A stretch of 64,000 nucleotides of DNA from the human T2T-CHM13v2.0 reference genome, Homo sapiens: NCBI RefSeq assembly GCF_009914755.1, contig NC_060941.1; one strand, given 5' to 3'. A model generated the notes under the pieces. That model was given only the letters and a program-made list of their open reading frames with translations, did no database searches and was not told where the DNA came from. Positions 14,368-31,322 of the stretch are shown piece by piece. Position numbers and translations under genes: made by a program. Each line of letters opens with the position of its first letter. Position 1 is the stretch's first letter.

Positions 14368-17300
14368 GATCAAAGAGGCAGAGCAAAATGTTCAAATAGA
14401 AGCCTTTAGCAATTTTCCCCGCAGCATGAACATCAAATTGAACAACTATTCACATAAAAAAGCACCTTCATAAGAAGAAAAAATCAGGTGAGTGATCACA
14501 GTACCTGGTTTTAGCATATTAAGGAATGAGATGCCAAAGAAGGTAGGAAAGACAGTCTTAAATCACCTGCATCACCCTTCTCCTATCCCCCAGCAGTGGC
14601 TACATGGCATGAAGAGAGAATCTGTGTATTTGGGGAAGGAAGAGCACAGTGATTGTGGGATTTTGCATTGAAACTCAGTGCTGCCCTGTCACAGCAGAAA
14701 GAAACAGCAGGCAGAATTCAGCTTGCACCCACAGAGGAACATTTAGACCAACCCTAGCCAGAGGCAAATCATTCATCCCAGCAGTCGGAACCTTAGTTCT
14801 AGCGAACTCCACCACCACCATGGGCTAAAGTGCACTGGAGTCCTAAATAAACTTGAAAGGCAGTCTAGGTCACAAGGACTGCAAGTCCTAGGCAATCTCT
14901 GATGCTGTGCTGAGCTCAAAGCCAGTGGGCTTGGGGGTGCATGTGACATAGTGAGACACCAGCCAGGGTAGCCAAGAGAGTGCTGGTGTCACTCCCAGGC
15001 AACACAGTTTGCAGCTCTGAGAGAGACTCCTTCACTCTGCCTGAAGAGAGGAGAGGGATGAGTAAAAAGAATTTTGTCTTGCAACTTGGATACCAGCTCA
15101 GCCACAGTAGACTATGGCACCAGGCAGAGTCCCAAGGCCCCCAGTCCAGGGCCTAGCTCCCAAACATTTCTAAACACACACTGGGTCAGAGGGGAACCGA
15201 CTACCTTGAAAGAAAGGACCCACTCCTGGCAGAATTCATCATCTGCTGACTAAAGAGCCCTTGGTCTCTGAATGCTCAGCAGTGACAGCTAGGCAGTACT
15301 TGCGCGGGCCTGGGGTAAGACTTAGTGTCATGCTAGCTTCAAGAATGATCCCGCACATTCCCAGATGTGGTGTCTAGGGGAAGAAATCCCCTCAGCTTGA
15401 GGAAGGGAGAGGGAAGACAAAAGGGAACATTGTCTTTCACCTTTGGATACCAATTTGGCCATAGTAGGGAAGAGCACCAAGCAGGCTCCTGGGGTCACCA
15501 ATTCCAGGCCTTGGGTCCTGGTAGGCATTTCTGGCAGCAGACTTCTCAGTGGAAATGTAACAGGCCAAAAGAGAGGGGCATGACATATTTAAAGTGCTGA
15601 GGAAGAAATGCTTTTATCCTGGAATAGTATACCTAGCAAAAATAACCTTGAGGGATTTGATCAACACCAGACCTATCCTACAAGAAATGCTAAAGGAATT
15701 TCTTTGATCCGAAAGGAAAGGACATTAATGTGCAATAATGAATCATCTAAAGGTATAAAGGTCACTGGTTATAGTAAGTATTATACTTAGTAAAGTAAGT
15801 ATATTACTATTATAACACTGTAATTGTGGTGTATAAACTACTCATATCTGAAGTAGAAAGACTAAAAGATGAACCACTCAAAAATAATAACTGTAACAAT
15901 TTTTCAAGACATAGTGTAATAAGATAGAAACAACAAAAAGTTAAAAAGTGGGGGGATGAAGCTGAAGTGTAGAGTTTTTATTAGTTTTCTCTTTGCTTGT
16001 TTATGCAATCAGTGTTAAATGATCAGCAGTTTAATATAATGCGTTAAATTACATGCACATTTCATGCTAACCTCAAACCAAAAAACCTACAACAAATGCA
16101 CAAAAAATAAAAACCAAGAAATTAAAACATACCACGTGAGTAAATGGCTTTCACTAAAAGGAAGACAGGAAGGAAGGAAAAAGGAAGAGAAGACCACAAA
16201 ACAACCGGAAAACAACTAATAAAATGGCAGGAGTAAGTCCTTACTTATCAATAATAACATTCAATTTAAATGAACTAAACTCTCCAATCAAAAGACATAC
16301 AGTAGCTTAATGAAAACACACCTAGGCCAGGCACAGTGGCTCATGCCTGTAATCCCAGCACTTTGGGAGGCCACGGTGGGCAGATTGCTTGAGCTCAGCA
16401 GTTCAAGACCAGCTTGGGTAACATTGTAAAACCCCGTCTTCACAAAAATTCCAAAAATTAGCTGGGCATTGTAGCGTGCACCTGTAGTCTCAGCTACTTG
16501 GGAGGCTGAGGTGGGAGGATGGTTTGAATCCAGGAGTCAGAGGTTGCAGTAGCCAAGATCATGCCACTGCACTCCAGCCTGGGTAACAGAGCCAGACCCC
16601 ATCTCAAAAAAATGAGCCTAATAACTATTTACAGAACATTTCATCCAAAGGATGTAAACATTCTTCTCATCCACATATGGATTATCCACAAGGACAGACT
16701 GTATGTTAGGCCACAAAATAAGTCTTTAAAAACTTTTTTGAATTTAAATTGCATCAAGTTTTATTACCTCTGACCACGAGGTAATAAAACTAGAAATCAA
16801 TAACAGGAAGAATTTTGAAAACTATACAAACACATGGAAATTAAATATGCTCCTGAATGACCCATGGGTCAATAAAGAAATAAAGAAGGAAATAAAGAAG
16901 GAAAATTTTCTTGAAACAAATAAAAATGAAAATACAACATACCAAAATCTATGGGATACAGTAAAAGCAGTAGTAAGAGGAAAGTTTATAGCAAGAATTA
17001 TCAATATGAAAAAGGTAGAAAAACTTCAAATAAACAACCTAATGATACATCTTAAAGAATTAGAAAAGCTAGAGCAAACCAACCCCAAAATTAGTAGAAC
17101 AGAAATAATAAAGATCAGAGCAGAAATAAATGAAATGAAAATTTAAAAAACACACAAAAAATCAACAAAACAAAAAGTTTCTTCAAGAGATCAAATCAAC
17201 AAGCCTTCAACCAGATGAAGTAGGAAAAAAAGAGAGAAGATTCAAATAAATAAAATCAGAGATGAAAAAGAGACATTACAACTGATATGGCAGAAATCAA

Positions 17301-20287
17301 AAAATCATTAGACGCTACTATGAGCAACTATATGCTAATAAATTTGAAAACTGAAAAGAAATGTATAAATTCCTAGACACATACAACCTACCAAGAGTGA
17401 ATAAGGAAGAAATCTAAAACCTGACCAGAACAAAAACAAGTAATGAGATTGAAGCTGTAATAAAAAAATCTCCCAACAAAGAAAAGCCTAGGACCCAATG
17501 GCTTCACTGCTGAATTTTATCGAAAATTTAAAAAAGAACTAATATCAATCCTACTCAAACTATTCCAAAAAACAGAGGAGGAAGGAATATTTCCTAACTC
17601 ATTCTCAAGGCTAGTATTACCCTGATACCAAAACCAGACAAAGACACACCAAAAAAAGAAAACTACAGGCCAATATGACTGATGAACATTGATGCAAAAA
17701 TCTTCAACAAAATACTAGTATACTGAATTCAACAACACATAAAAAAAAATCATTCATCATGACCAAGTAGGATTTATCCCCAGGATGTAAGGATGGTTCA
17801 ATATAGGCAAATCAATCCATGTGATAAATCATAACAACACAATGAAGGGCAAAAACTGTATGAACATTTCAATTGATGCTGAAAAAGCATTTAATAAAAT
17901 TCAGCGTCCCTTCATGATAAAAACCTTGAAAATTCTGGGAAAGAAGAAACATACTTCAGTACAACAAAAGTCATATACAACAGACCCACAGCTCATATCT
18001 ATATTGAACAGGAAAAACTGAAAGCCTTTCCTATAAGATCTGGAATATGACAAGATGCCCACTTTCATTACTGTTATTCAACATAGTACCGAAAGTCCTA
18101 GCTAGAGCAATCAGACAAGAGGAAGAAATACAGGGCATGCAAATTGGAAAGGAAGAAGTCAAATTATGCTTGTCTGCAGATTATATAATCTTATATCTTA
18201 AAAAAACTTAAAGACTACAACAAAAAACTATAAGAACTGACAAACAAATTCAGTAAAGTTGCAGAACACAAGATCAACATACAAAAATTAATAGCATTTC
18301 TATATGCCAACTGCAAACAACCTGAAAAAGAAATCAACAAATTAATTCCATTTACAATAGATACAAATAAAATAAAACACCTAGAAATTAACTTAAATAA
18401 AAGAGTGAAAGATCAGTACAACAAAAACTATAAAACACTAATGCAAGAATTTGAAGAAGACACAAAAAAATGAAAAGATATTCCATGTGCATGGATTGGA
18501 AGAATCAAAATTGTTAAAATGTCCATACTACCCAAAGCAATCTACAGAGTCAATGCAATTACTGTAAAAATACCAACAACATTCTTCACAAAAATAGAAA
18601 AAAATAATACTAACATTTATATGGAACCAAAAAAAGACTGAGAATAGCCAAAGCTATCCTGAGCAAAAAGAATAAAACTGGAGTAATCACATCACCTGAC
18701 TTCAAACTATAGTACAAAGCTACAGTAACCAAAACAGCATGGTAGTGGCATAAAAACAGACACACACACCAATGGAGTAGGATAGAGAACCCAGAAGTCA
18801 ATCCATATATTTACAGTGAACTTATTTTTGACAAAGATCACAAGAATACATATGCTGGGGAAAGGATACTCTCCTCAATAAATGATGCTGGGAAAGCTGG
18901 ATATCCACATGCAAAACAATGAAATTAGAGCCCTATCCCTTGTCATACATAAAAATCAAATAAAAATGTAGGAAAAACTTAAATCTAAGACCTCAAACTA
19001 GGAAACTACTAAAAGAAAACACTGGGGAAACTCTCCAGGACATTGGAGTGGGCAAAGATTTCTTCAGCAATTACCCCACAAGCACAGGCAACCAAAGCAA
19101 AAATAAACAAATGGGATCTTGTCATGTCAAAAAGCTTCTGCACAACCAAGGAAACAATCACAAAAAATGAAGAGACAACCCACAGAATGGGAGAAAATAT
19201 TTGCAAAGGAGCTCAAACAACTCTATAGGAAAAAAACCAATAATCCGACTTGAAAATGGGCAAAAGATCTGAATAGACATGTCTTAAAAGAAGACATATA
19301 AATGTCAAACAGACATATGACAAGATGTTTAACATTACTGATCATCAGATAAATGCAAGTCAAAACTACAATGAGATATCATCTCACCCCAGTTAAAATG
19401 GCTTCTATCCAAAAGACAGGCAATAATAAATGCTAACAAGGATGTGGAGAAAATGAAACCTTTGTACAGTGTTAATAGGAATGCAAATTAGTACAGCCAC
19501 TATGGAAAACAGGGTAGAGATTCCTCAAAAAATTAAAAATAGAATTAACATATGATCCAGCAATCCCACTGCTAGGTATATACCCAAAAGAAAGGAAATT
19601 AGTGTATCAAAGAGATATCTGCATGCCCATCTTTGTTGTAGCACTGTTCACAATAGTGAAGATCTGGAAGCAAGCTAAGTATCCATCAACAGATGAATGG
19701 AAAAAGAAAATGTGTTACTTACACGTAATGCAGTACTATTCAGCCATAAAAAAGAATGAGATCCTGTCATTTGCAAAAACCTGGATGGAACTGGAGATCA
19801 TTAAGTTCTGCAAAATAAGCCAGGAACAGAAAGACAAACTTGACATGTTCTCAATTATTTGTGGGAGTTAAAAATTAAAACAGTTGAACTCTGCAGATCG
19901 ACAGTAGGATGATGGTTCACAGAGGTTGGGAAGGATAGAGGGGGTTGGGGAAAGTGGGGATGGTTAATGGGTACAAAAATATCGTTAGAGAGAATGAATA
20001 AGACCTAGTATTTGATAGCACAATAGGGTGATACAGTCAAGAATAATTTATTGAACATTTTTAAATAACTATAAGAGTGTAATTGGATTGTTTGTAACAC
20101 AAATGAAGGATCGATGTTTGAGATGACAGATACCCATTTATCCTGATGTCATTATTATGTATCATATGCCTGTTATCAAAATATCTCATTTACCTCATAA
20201 ATATACATACCTACTATGCTCCCATACAAATTTAAATTTTTTTTACATTTAACATGTACCCTAAAACTTAAAGTATAATAATAAAAA
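14368..20287 (+). mobile_element. End-to-end L1MA1-3-like LINE-1 with internal deletions (most of ORF1 near 15534; endonuclease region near 16320-16612)
   Basis: 5' end gaggcagagcaaaatg...aatagaagcc; L1MA2-like 3' UTR; TSD aaaa(g/a)tcaactgc at 14355-14367 and 20288-20300. Confidence 0.88.
16325..16612 (+). mobile_element. AluJ-like element inside the L1
   Basis: Alu consensus; no clear TSD. Confidence 0.9.
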
Positions 20288-20691
20288 AAAAATCAACTGC
20301 ATTTCTGAAATGAGTAAAAATCATCTAGGAGAAGAGTTTACAAAGATATAATTTCTAATATACTGCATAATTCCTAGATAAACTGACAAAATGATACCCT
20401 AGACCTTTATAGAGCAAATAAGCTTCATCAAAAGATTAGGGCTAAAGACTGAAAAAAAAATAGAGAGTAGAATCCATTTTGGACAGTCTCGATGTTGCAA
20501 AAAATGTCAATTCTTAAGTTGATCTAGCAATTAAATGTGATCCAAACCAGAATTTCAACAGGGTTTTTGTAAAACTTATAATGACCTTACAAAATGTATA
20601 TAAACAAAAACAGGGCAAAAGTAGTCAAGACATGCCTGATGAAAAAAATCAAGGTGGGGCAATTGGCAATTTATAAAGATATAATAAAACC

Positions 20692-21284
<593 letters not shown>

Positions 21285-21504
21285 CTAGCATTGCCAATTT
21301 TTGAGAAAAGAAGGGAATGTTCAATAAATAGAAGAATATAAAATCAGATCACTTCCTCACACCATATATAATAAATTCCCAATGGATTCGATCTTATATT
21401 AAAAGCAGAACTACAAAAACTTTCAGAAGACAATTTAGAAGAATTATGTTATGGCCTCAATCTAGAAAAGATTTGCCAAACAAGAAATGAAAAAAAAAAA
21501 AGCA

Positions 21505-22654
<1,150 letters not shown>

Positions 22655-22814
22655 AAAAAAGCATCAGTAAGAGAGAAATTCATAAACTTGACCATTTTAA
22701 GAACTTCTCCAAAAAATACATCATCAAGAAAATGATAAAAACAAGTCATAAACTGAGAGATGTTTGCACAAATGATTAGTCTCCAAAATGTGTAAACAAG
22801 GCCTTTAAAAATCA

Positions 22815-23128
<314 letters not shown>

Positions 23129-23473
23129 CAATGAAAAAAAGATGTCAATACACTTGAGAAAATTGAGGAAAAAAACTTGGGGCACATTTCACTGATGAGG
23201 AATTATGAATGGCTCATAAACATATAAAATATGGTCAATATACTTAGAAATATAAAAAAATAAAGTAATATCACAATGCGGTGATATTTTACAATTTTAT
23301 AGATTGGCATAAATTAAAAATTTACAATAAAAATGTTCAAGATGTGAAACACTACTAGTGGGTACATGAATTGGTACTTTTACTCAGGGAAACAATTATT
23401 AAGATAATAATACAATCTACCTCAACATGGTACCAGAGAAATGCGCATATTCTTCAGTAAATAACACAGTGCC

Positions 23474-23915
<442 letters not shown>

Positions 23916-25734
23916 AAGTAGCCCAGTGCCATATACACACTGCAACTTGAAAAATAGAGGCAGCAAATGTCCAGCAGGCAGCAAAGTACATGCAATTAAA
24001 TATGTACCAGCTGAAGGTATAAATATGCATCGTCATATATACATATACATATGTATACATGTATGTGTATATATACATATATTAGGTAATAATTTATTTT
24101 TGGAATGTTGCAGGGTTTTGTATAAAGCAGCATAGGAAGTAAGTTCTTCAAAGATACATGCAATTCTGCAAATATACAAAACCCAACTCATGAAGCAGAA
24201 TCAAAATATAAAGGAAAAAATAAAGAGGAAACAGGAATTTCCAAAGATGCTCAAGCTCTAATTAAGTTTAAAATTTAAAACCAAAAGCCAAGAAAACCAT
24301 CTGTGATTTATTTTTATTCAGCTCTACATTTACAAGCAGGGTACAAAATATTGGTTCAGCTAATTACAATGCAGCATTTCAACTATGCAGAAGTAACTCC
24401 TATTTCAACCTCTTCATCTTTAAAAGCCATTAAATAAAGAAGTTAAAGACTCATTCTAGCATCATAAATTTCCTTTCTCAAGTTGACAAATAAATAGAAA
24501 ATGTCTATTCTAATTTTTTAAAGCAACAATGAACACTGTAAACAACAGTGAATTATGTTGTTATTCATTTACAATACACTGAGTTTGTCTCATAACCAAT
24601 TTTAATATGCAATGGGAATTATTCATGGTAAAGCATGTTCTTGAGTCTATTTGGGGGAAATAAGCAATCTATTTTCTGATTTTGTAACAGCAGCCAGATG
24701 TGCTTTGAAGTTCAATGTTCCCACTTTGTAATCCACAAGTAACACGGAACTTGAAGCAATCTGTAAACAGTCTTAACATTTTTTATGCTCTTTTAGAAAA
24801 GTTCTTCTTCTCTCATACTACCTCAAAAAAAGAATACCACAATAAATGTCCAAAATGGAAAATAAAAAAGTCTTAAATGAAACACTGAAGTCGAAGAAAA
24901 TATTGTATAGAAAGCAAAGCTGAAAATAATTAAGTTTCAATGGCACGAATAAATAACATGTTTGCACATTTCTTGCTTAACAGGCAAATAGAATCGCAAT
25001 AATAAAATATGTAATAACTTAGGCTAGACATGAAAACAGACATCTGAATACTTTTTAATGAAAACTGGCTTTTGACTTTTTATTTTGTTTATTTTTTTTA
25101 GCAGATTTCTTTGTTGATTGTCAGGGTTTTCTGTCCACTTGTTTTTTAAAATTACTTGGCATTTGGTCAAACTGACATAAGCAAAGAACCTCTTATAAAC
25201 TAATGGTTATCAAATAGAGAAGTTTTACATTTCCAGAAAAATTAAAAGGCACTTTATCTGATATACTATCTTAGCAAGAAGGACATTGTCAAGCAATATA
25301 TTACCAGTAACACAACTAAAATAAATGTTTTTAAATCATAGCATCAGTCAGAAGTGCCAAAACTCTCTCCATAGAACAAAATAAATTCACTCTTCAACAC
25401 CAAATTGAATATGCTCCAAAATTATGCTTTTAAGTAAATATTTTAGAACTTTAAAACCATTTTTCCACAGAAAATTTACAATACTATATTCCAAAAGGAC
25501 TCTCATGCAGAATAGAGAAAAAGCTCTTATATAGGAATAGGAAAAGGGCAGACAACAGGAAAACTGACAAAGCTTTCAGTAAACACTTTGAGAGGCTATC
25601 CAAATTGACAATAAACATATTAAAATGCACCTAACTGTATTAGTCATCAGGAAAACATATATTAAAACCACACAATACTATGTCACTAACTACTCTCAAG
25701 AATGGCTTTTTTTAATTAAAAAAAAAAATTGCCT

Positions 25735-26039
<305 letters not shown>

Positions 26040-26138
26040 CTAGGTATTGGAGAACAGGCAGAGTAATGGGCTCTAGCACACAGTGCTGCTGAGAAGGTAG
26101 ATTGGCACAGCCACTTTGGAAAACTGGCAATATCTATC

Positions 26139-26270
26139 ATATCAGTTAGCTTTTTGCTGCATAACAGATCATCCCAAAACTTCATGGCTTGAAACTACAA
26201 CCATTTTATTTAGCACCCAATTCTGTGAGTCAGCAACTTGGGCAGCTCATCTACTGGGACAGTGCATTCT
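26139..26270 (-). mobile_element. MLT1-family LTR fragment, interrupted by MER39
   Basis: tatcagttagc...gctgcataaca...cccaaaactt is the reverse complement of an MLT1 3' end. Confidence 0.6.
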
Positions 26271-26704
26271 TGAAATCGACCCAAGAGTCCCATAGACAGT
26301 TCTTTCGGATAAACATAGAAATGTGCTCTTCTGGTCTTAAAGTTTGAAACTTGCATTTGTTTTATCTGAGTTCCCTCCTCAGGCATCTCAATAAAATATC
26401 AAAGAACTGAAACTGACCAGATCACCACATCCAGACAATGCAATGCTGGACCCCTCATTCACCATGATTGCTCCTTTATTTCTCCCTAGTTCCTGTTTTC
26501 TTACACATTGTTACAGTTCTTCCCTGCTATGTAAACCTCTAATTTTAGTCATTCAGAGAGATTAATCTGAGATTGATCTCCCATCTCCTTGGCTGCAGCA
26601 CCCAATTAAAGCCTTCTTCCTTGGCAATAATTGTTGTCTCAGTGATTGGCTTTCTGTGCAGCAAACAGCAGGGCCTAGACTGAACCCCTGGTGTTTCAGT
26701 AACA
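26271..26704 (+). mobile_element. MER39-family ERV1 solo LTR
   Basis: tgaaatcgaccc...cagtaaca termini; 4-bp TSD ttct/atct. Confidence 0.8.
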
Positions 26705-26754
26705 ATCTCAGCTGGACTTCCTTGTCTGTTGGCTATGCCAGTGTGATAGCTGCC

Positions 26755-26811
26755 CTCAATAAGCCCCGAAATGAAGGTTAAAGCAGGTCTCAATCAGCCC
26801 CAAAATGAAGG
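26755..26811. repeat. 23-bp direct duplication (period 34); a second short duplication lies at ~26860-26910
   Basis: ctcaat(a/c)agcccc(g/a)aaatgaagg occurs twice. Confidence 0.8.
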
Positions 26812-27651
26812 CCACACTGAGTACAATGGCCAGGTTTCCACATTTCTTACAGGAAGAACAGAGGAAGAAAATTTTGACCCAGCAGAGGGTTAGAAAAAAT
26901 TTGACCCAGCTACAAGACAAGGGAAGGGTAAGTAATGAAAAAGTATTTACCAACTTTTCCTTGAAATTTGTAACGTTCCTTACACACTGATGCATTTTAT
27001 ATACCAGCAGATACAGTGCTTACCTATAATTGTGAGAGCTCTGTATCTACCATTATGATCTCTTTTCAACAATTAACATTTTTTTTTGTCCTCTTGTTTC
27101 TAGATCACATTGAAGACACCATAAAGTTTTCCGTTTTATTGTTCTTTGCAAAGATCCAGCTTCTGTTTCATTGATTAGTTCTAATGCTTTGGGGGAAATT
27201 TTGATTGTTTCTTGTAGGTTTTTGTTTATATTTTGGCTTTGTTTTTTTAATTGATTAAATTAAATAAGGGATCTTTGATCCTCAATATCACTTTGGGCAC
27301 ATCACAGAATGTTTTGTCAAATTTTACCATGATTTATTTTAGTCTGCACTTGGTTTTTATTACTGTTTTTACACAAAGCTATTCAGGAGTGTGTTTGTAC
27401 TTCATTTTAAGCTTTCAGATGAAAACACGGAAAGGGAACTATCTTTTTGATGTTACTGTCTAGCTTTATTCAAATGAACTCATTTAATTAGAATTTCTTT
27501 ATGCCTCAGTTAAATCAGTTTTATAACTATCCCATGACTATGTGAAAAGTCTATAAATCCATATCCCATTCTTTTAGTTGGTCTTTGTTCTGGAACCATA
27601 CTTTTTATTCACTTTTAGAAACTGCCATACCATTTTAAAAATTATATATGA

Positions 27652-28006
<355 letters not shown>

Positions 28007-28387
28007 TCAAAATTTTTTTCAGTTCTTTCAAAAAGGTAACTCTAGGTGAATCATGATTTTTAAAAGGAAACATACTACATAGAAAAACAGAAATTATTAG
28101 TCACTCTGATAGGCTTCAGCTCTTTTACCCATCGTTAGCTATAGCTATAAATGGAATATATCCTTGCAGGTCAGGAGCACAAATAATTTCTTTCTTTTTC
28201 CTTAAAACAATAAATAAAGCACAAGACCAAAAAAAAAATAAAATGTTGCTCATGGCTGACTCCTCATGGAAAACAGCAGAATATATTAACTTTTTGAATT
28301 TTTTAAATTTAAATTCCCTCTATGCCTCTGTGAGCTTTGACAAAAGAATACAGTGGTATAACCAGCAAAATACCAAGAAAACAGTTC

Positions 28388-29687
28388 TGTTGGTGAAACA
28401 CTCCAGGATATTGGTCTCTGCAAAGATTATTTGAGTAAGACCTCAAAAGCACAAGCAGCCAAAGCAAAAATGGACAGATGGGGCGACATCAAGCTAAAAA
28501 GCTTCTGCACAGCAAAGGAAACAATCAACAAAGTGAAGAGACAACCCACAAAATGGGAGATATTTGCAAACTAAGTAACTGACATGAGATTAATGACCAA
28601 AATACATAAAGAGTTCACACAACTTAATAGGGGGAAAATCCCTCATTTTTAAATGGGTAGAAGATCTCAATAGACACTTCTCAGAAGAAGACATACAAAT
28701 GGCCAGCAGGTATATGAAAAAAATACTCAAATCATTAATCATCAAAGAAATGCAAATCAAAACCATAATGAGATACCATCTCACATCAGTTAAAATGGCT
28801 TATATCAAAATGACAGGCAATAAAGGATGCTGACGAGGATGTGGAGAAAGGGGAGCCCCTAGACACTGGTGGTGGGAATGTAAATTAGCACAGCCACTAT
28901 GGAGAACAGTATGGTGGTTTCTTAAAAAATTAAAAATAGAACTACCATAAGATTCATCAATCCCAATGCTGGGTCTACATCCAAAAGAAAGGAAATCAGT
29001 ATATGGAAGAGATATCTAATAGTGCTGTAGTAAACATGGGACAGATTACTGCATTTATACTAAACTCCCATGATTATTGCAGCACTATTCACAGTAGCCA
29101 AGATATGGAATCAATCTTATTGCCCATCAAAGGATAAATGGATAAAGAAAACATGGTATATATACACAATTGAATATTATTTAGCTATAAGAATGAAATA
29201 CTGTCATTTGCAACAACATGAATAGAACTGGAAGACATTATGTTAAATGAAATAAGGCAAGCACAGAAAGACAAATATCACATGTTCTCACTCATATGTG
29301 CTAATGTGCTAGCTATAAAAAAGAAAATGAACTCATGGAGGTATAAAATAGAATGATGGTTACCAGAGGCTGGGAGGGGTAGTGGGGAGTGAGGGTTAAA
29401 TAGGGACTGGTAAATAGGTATGAAAATATAGCTAGATAGAAGGAATAAAATCTAGTGTTCAGTAGCATGGTAGGGTAACTATAGTTAACAATAACTTACT
29501 GTATATTTTAAAATAACTGAAAAATGGGATTGAAATATTCCTAACACAAAGAAATGGTAAATGTTTGAGGTAAATGATATCTCAATTACTCTGATTTGAT
29601 TATAACACATGGTATGCTTGTATCAAAATATCACATCCCCATAAATATGAACTAATATGTATCCATAATTAAAAATTTTAAAATAAC
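28388..29687 (+). mobile_element. 5'-truncated L1MA element
   Basis: ORF2 end plus 3' UTR; TSD aaaa(c/t)agttc at 28378-28387 and 29688-29697. Confidence 0.85.
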
Positions 29688-29721
29688 AAAATAGTTCCAT
29701 CAAACAAAAATCCCTAGTGCT

Positions 29722-30161
29722 TATTCACAATAGCAAAGACATGGAATCAACCCAAATGCCCATCAATGATAGACTGGATAAAGAAAATGTGGTACATATA
29801 CACCAAGGAATACTATGCAGCCATAAAAAGAAAAAAGATTATGTCTTTGCAGGGACATGGATGAAGCTGGAAGCCATGATCCTCAGCAAACTAATGCAGG
29901 AACAGAAAACCAACCACCACACGTTCTCATTTATAAGTGGGAGCTGAACAGTGAGAACACATGGACACAGGGAAGGGAACAACACACACTGGGGCCTGTC
30001 AGGGGAGGCTAGAGGGTTGTGGGGAGAGCATTAGAAAAAAGAGCTAATGCACGCTGGGCTTAAGTGATGGGTTAATAGGTGCAGCAAACCATCATGGCAC
30101 ACGTATATAACAAACTTGCACATCCTGCACATGTACCCCAGAACTTAAAAAATAATAAAAT
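29722..30161 (+). mobile_element. 5'-truncated older L1PA 3' end
   Basis: TSD aaaaatc(c/t)ctagtgct at 29706-29721 and 30162-30177. Confidence 0.88.
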
Positions 30162-30959
30162 AAAAATCTCTAGTGCTATTTATACCCTTGTAGCCAAATT
30201 CTAGCCCAACACCTGGAAACTACTAATCTGTTCTCCATTCTTATAGTTTTACCATTTCCACAATACCATATAAATGCAATTTAAAAAACAGCCTTTTTAG
30301 TCTGGCTTCTTCCATTCAATATAATATATTTGAAATTCATCCACTTTATTGTGTGATTTGATAATTGAGTCCTTTTCATTACTAAAAAGTATTCTATTGT
30401 ATAGATGTACATATAATTTGTTTATCCAGTCTCCAGTTGAGGGGCATTTAGGACTATTTGCAGTTTTGAACAATTACCAGAAAAGAGGGAGAGAGAGAAC
30501 TGTTAAAAATACTTGCATATAAAGTTTTTGTGTGAACACAGACTTTCATCACACTTGAGTAAATACTTAGGAGTGAGATTGGTGGGTCATGTGATAAATG
30601 TGTTTTAATTTTTTTTAAGTGCCAACTGTTTTCCAAGTAATATTTTGCAGCAAGAGGTGAGGGTTCCAGTTGCTCCTCATCCTCACCAGCATTTTGTATT
30701 GTCAGGTCTTTGTTTGTTTTCACCATTATAATAGGTGTGTAGTGGTATCTCATCATAGCATCTTTTGTCCCATCTTTTAATTAGGTTGTTTTCTTATTGT
30801 TGAGGTTTCAGAATCTTTATATATTCTGGATAAAGGTATTTGCCAGATATGTGAATATCTCCCTAAGATGAAACTGGCCTCACAACACAAATTGGAAAGT
30901 GTTCCCTCTTCCGGTGGAGATGGTATAGAATTGGTATTATTTCTCCCTTAATTGTTTAA

Positions 30960-31322
<363 letters not shown>

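Noticed and set aside
15520-15545. 5' UTR-to-ORF1 jump as a spliced, retrotransposed L1
   Set aside because: As I recall the consensus, the junction falls on a tctgg microhomology, which fits a DNA-level deletion better; I cannot confirm splice sites
19925-19971. G-quadruplex-like G-runs (also ~29372-29406)
   Set aside because: An ordinary feature of L1 3' UTRs; nothing locus-specific
14368-20292. Potentially active full-length L1
   Set aside because: Old subfamily; ORF1 and the endonuclease region are deleted; numerous stops and frameshifts
26755-26910. Short spaced direct repeats resembling an array
   Set aside because: Only two copies of each unit; local duplications in eukaryotic DNA, not CRISPR-like
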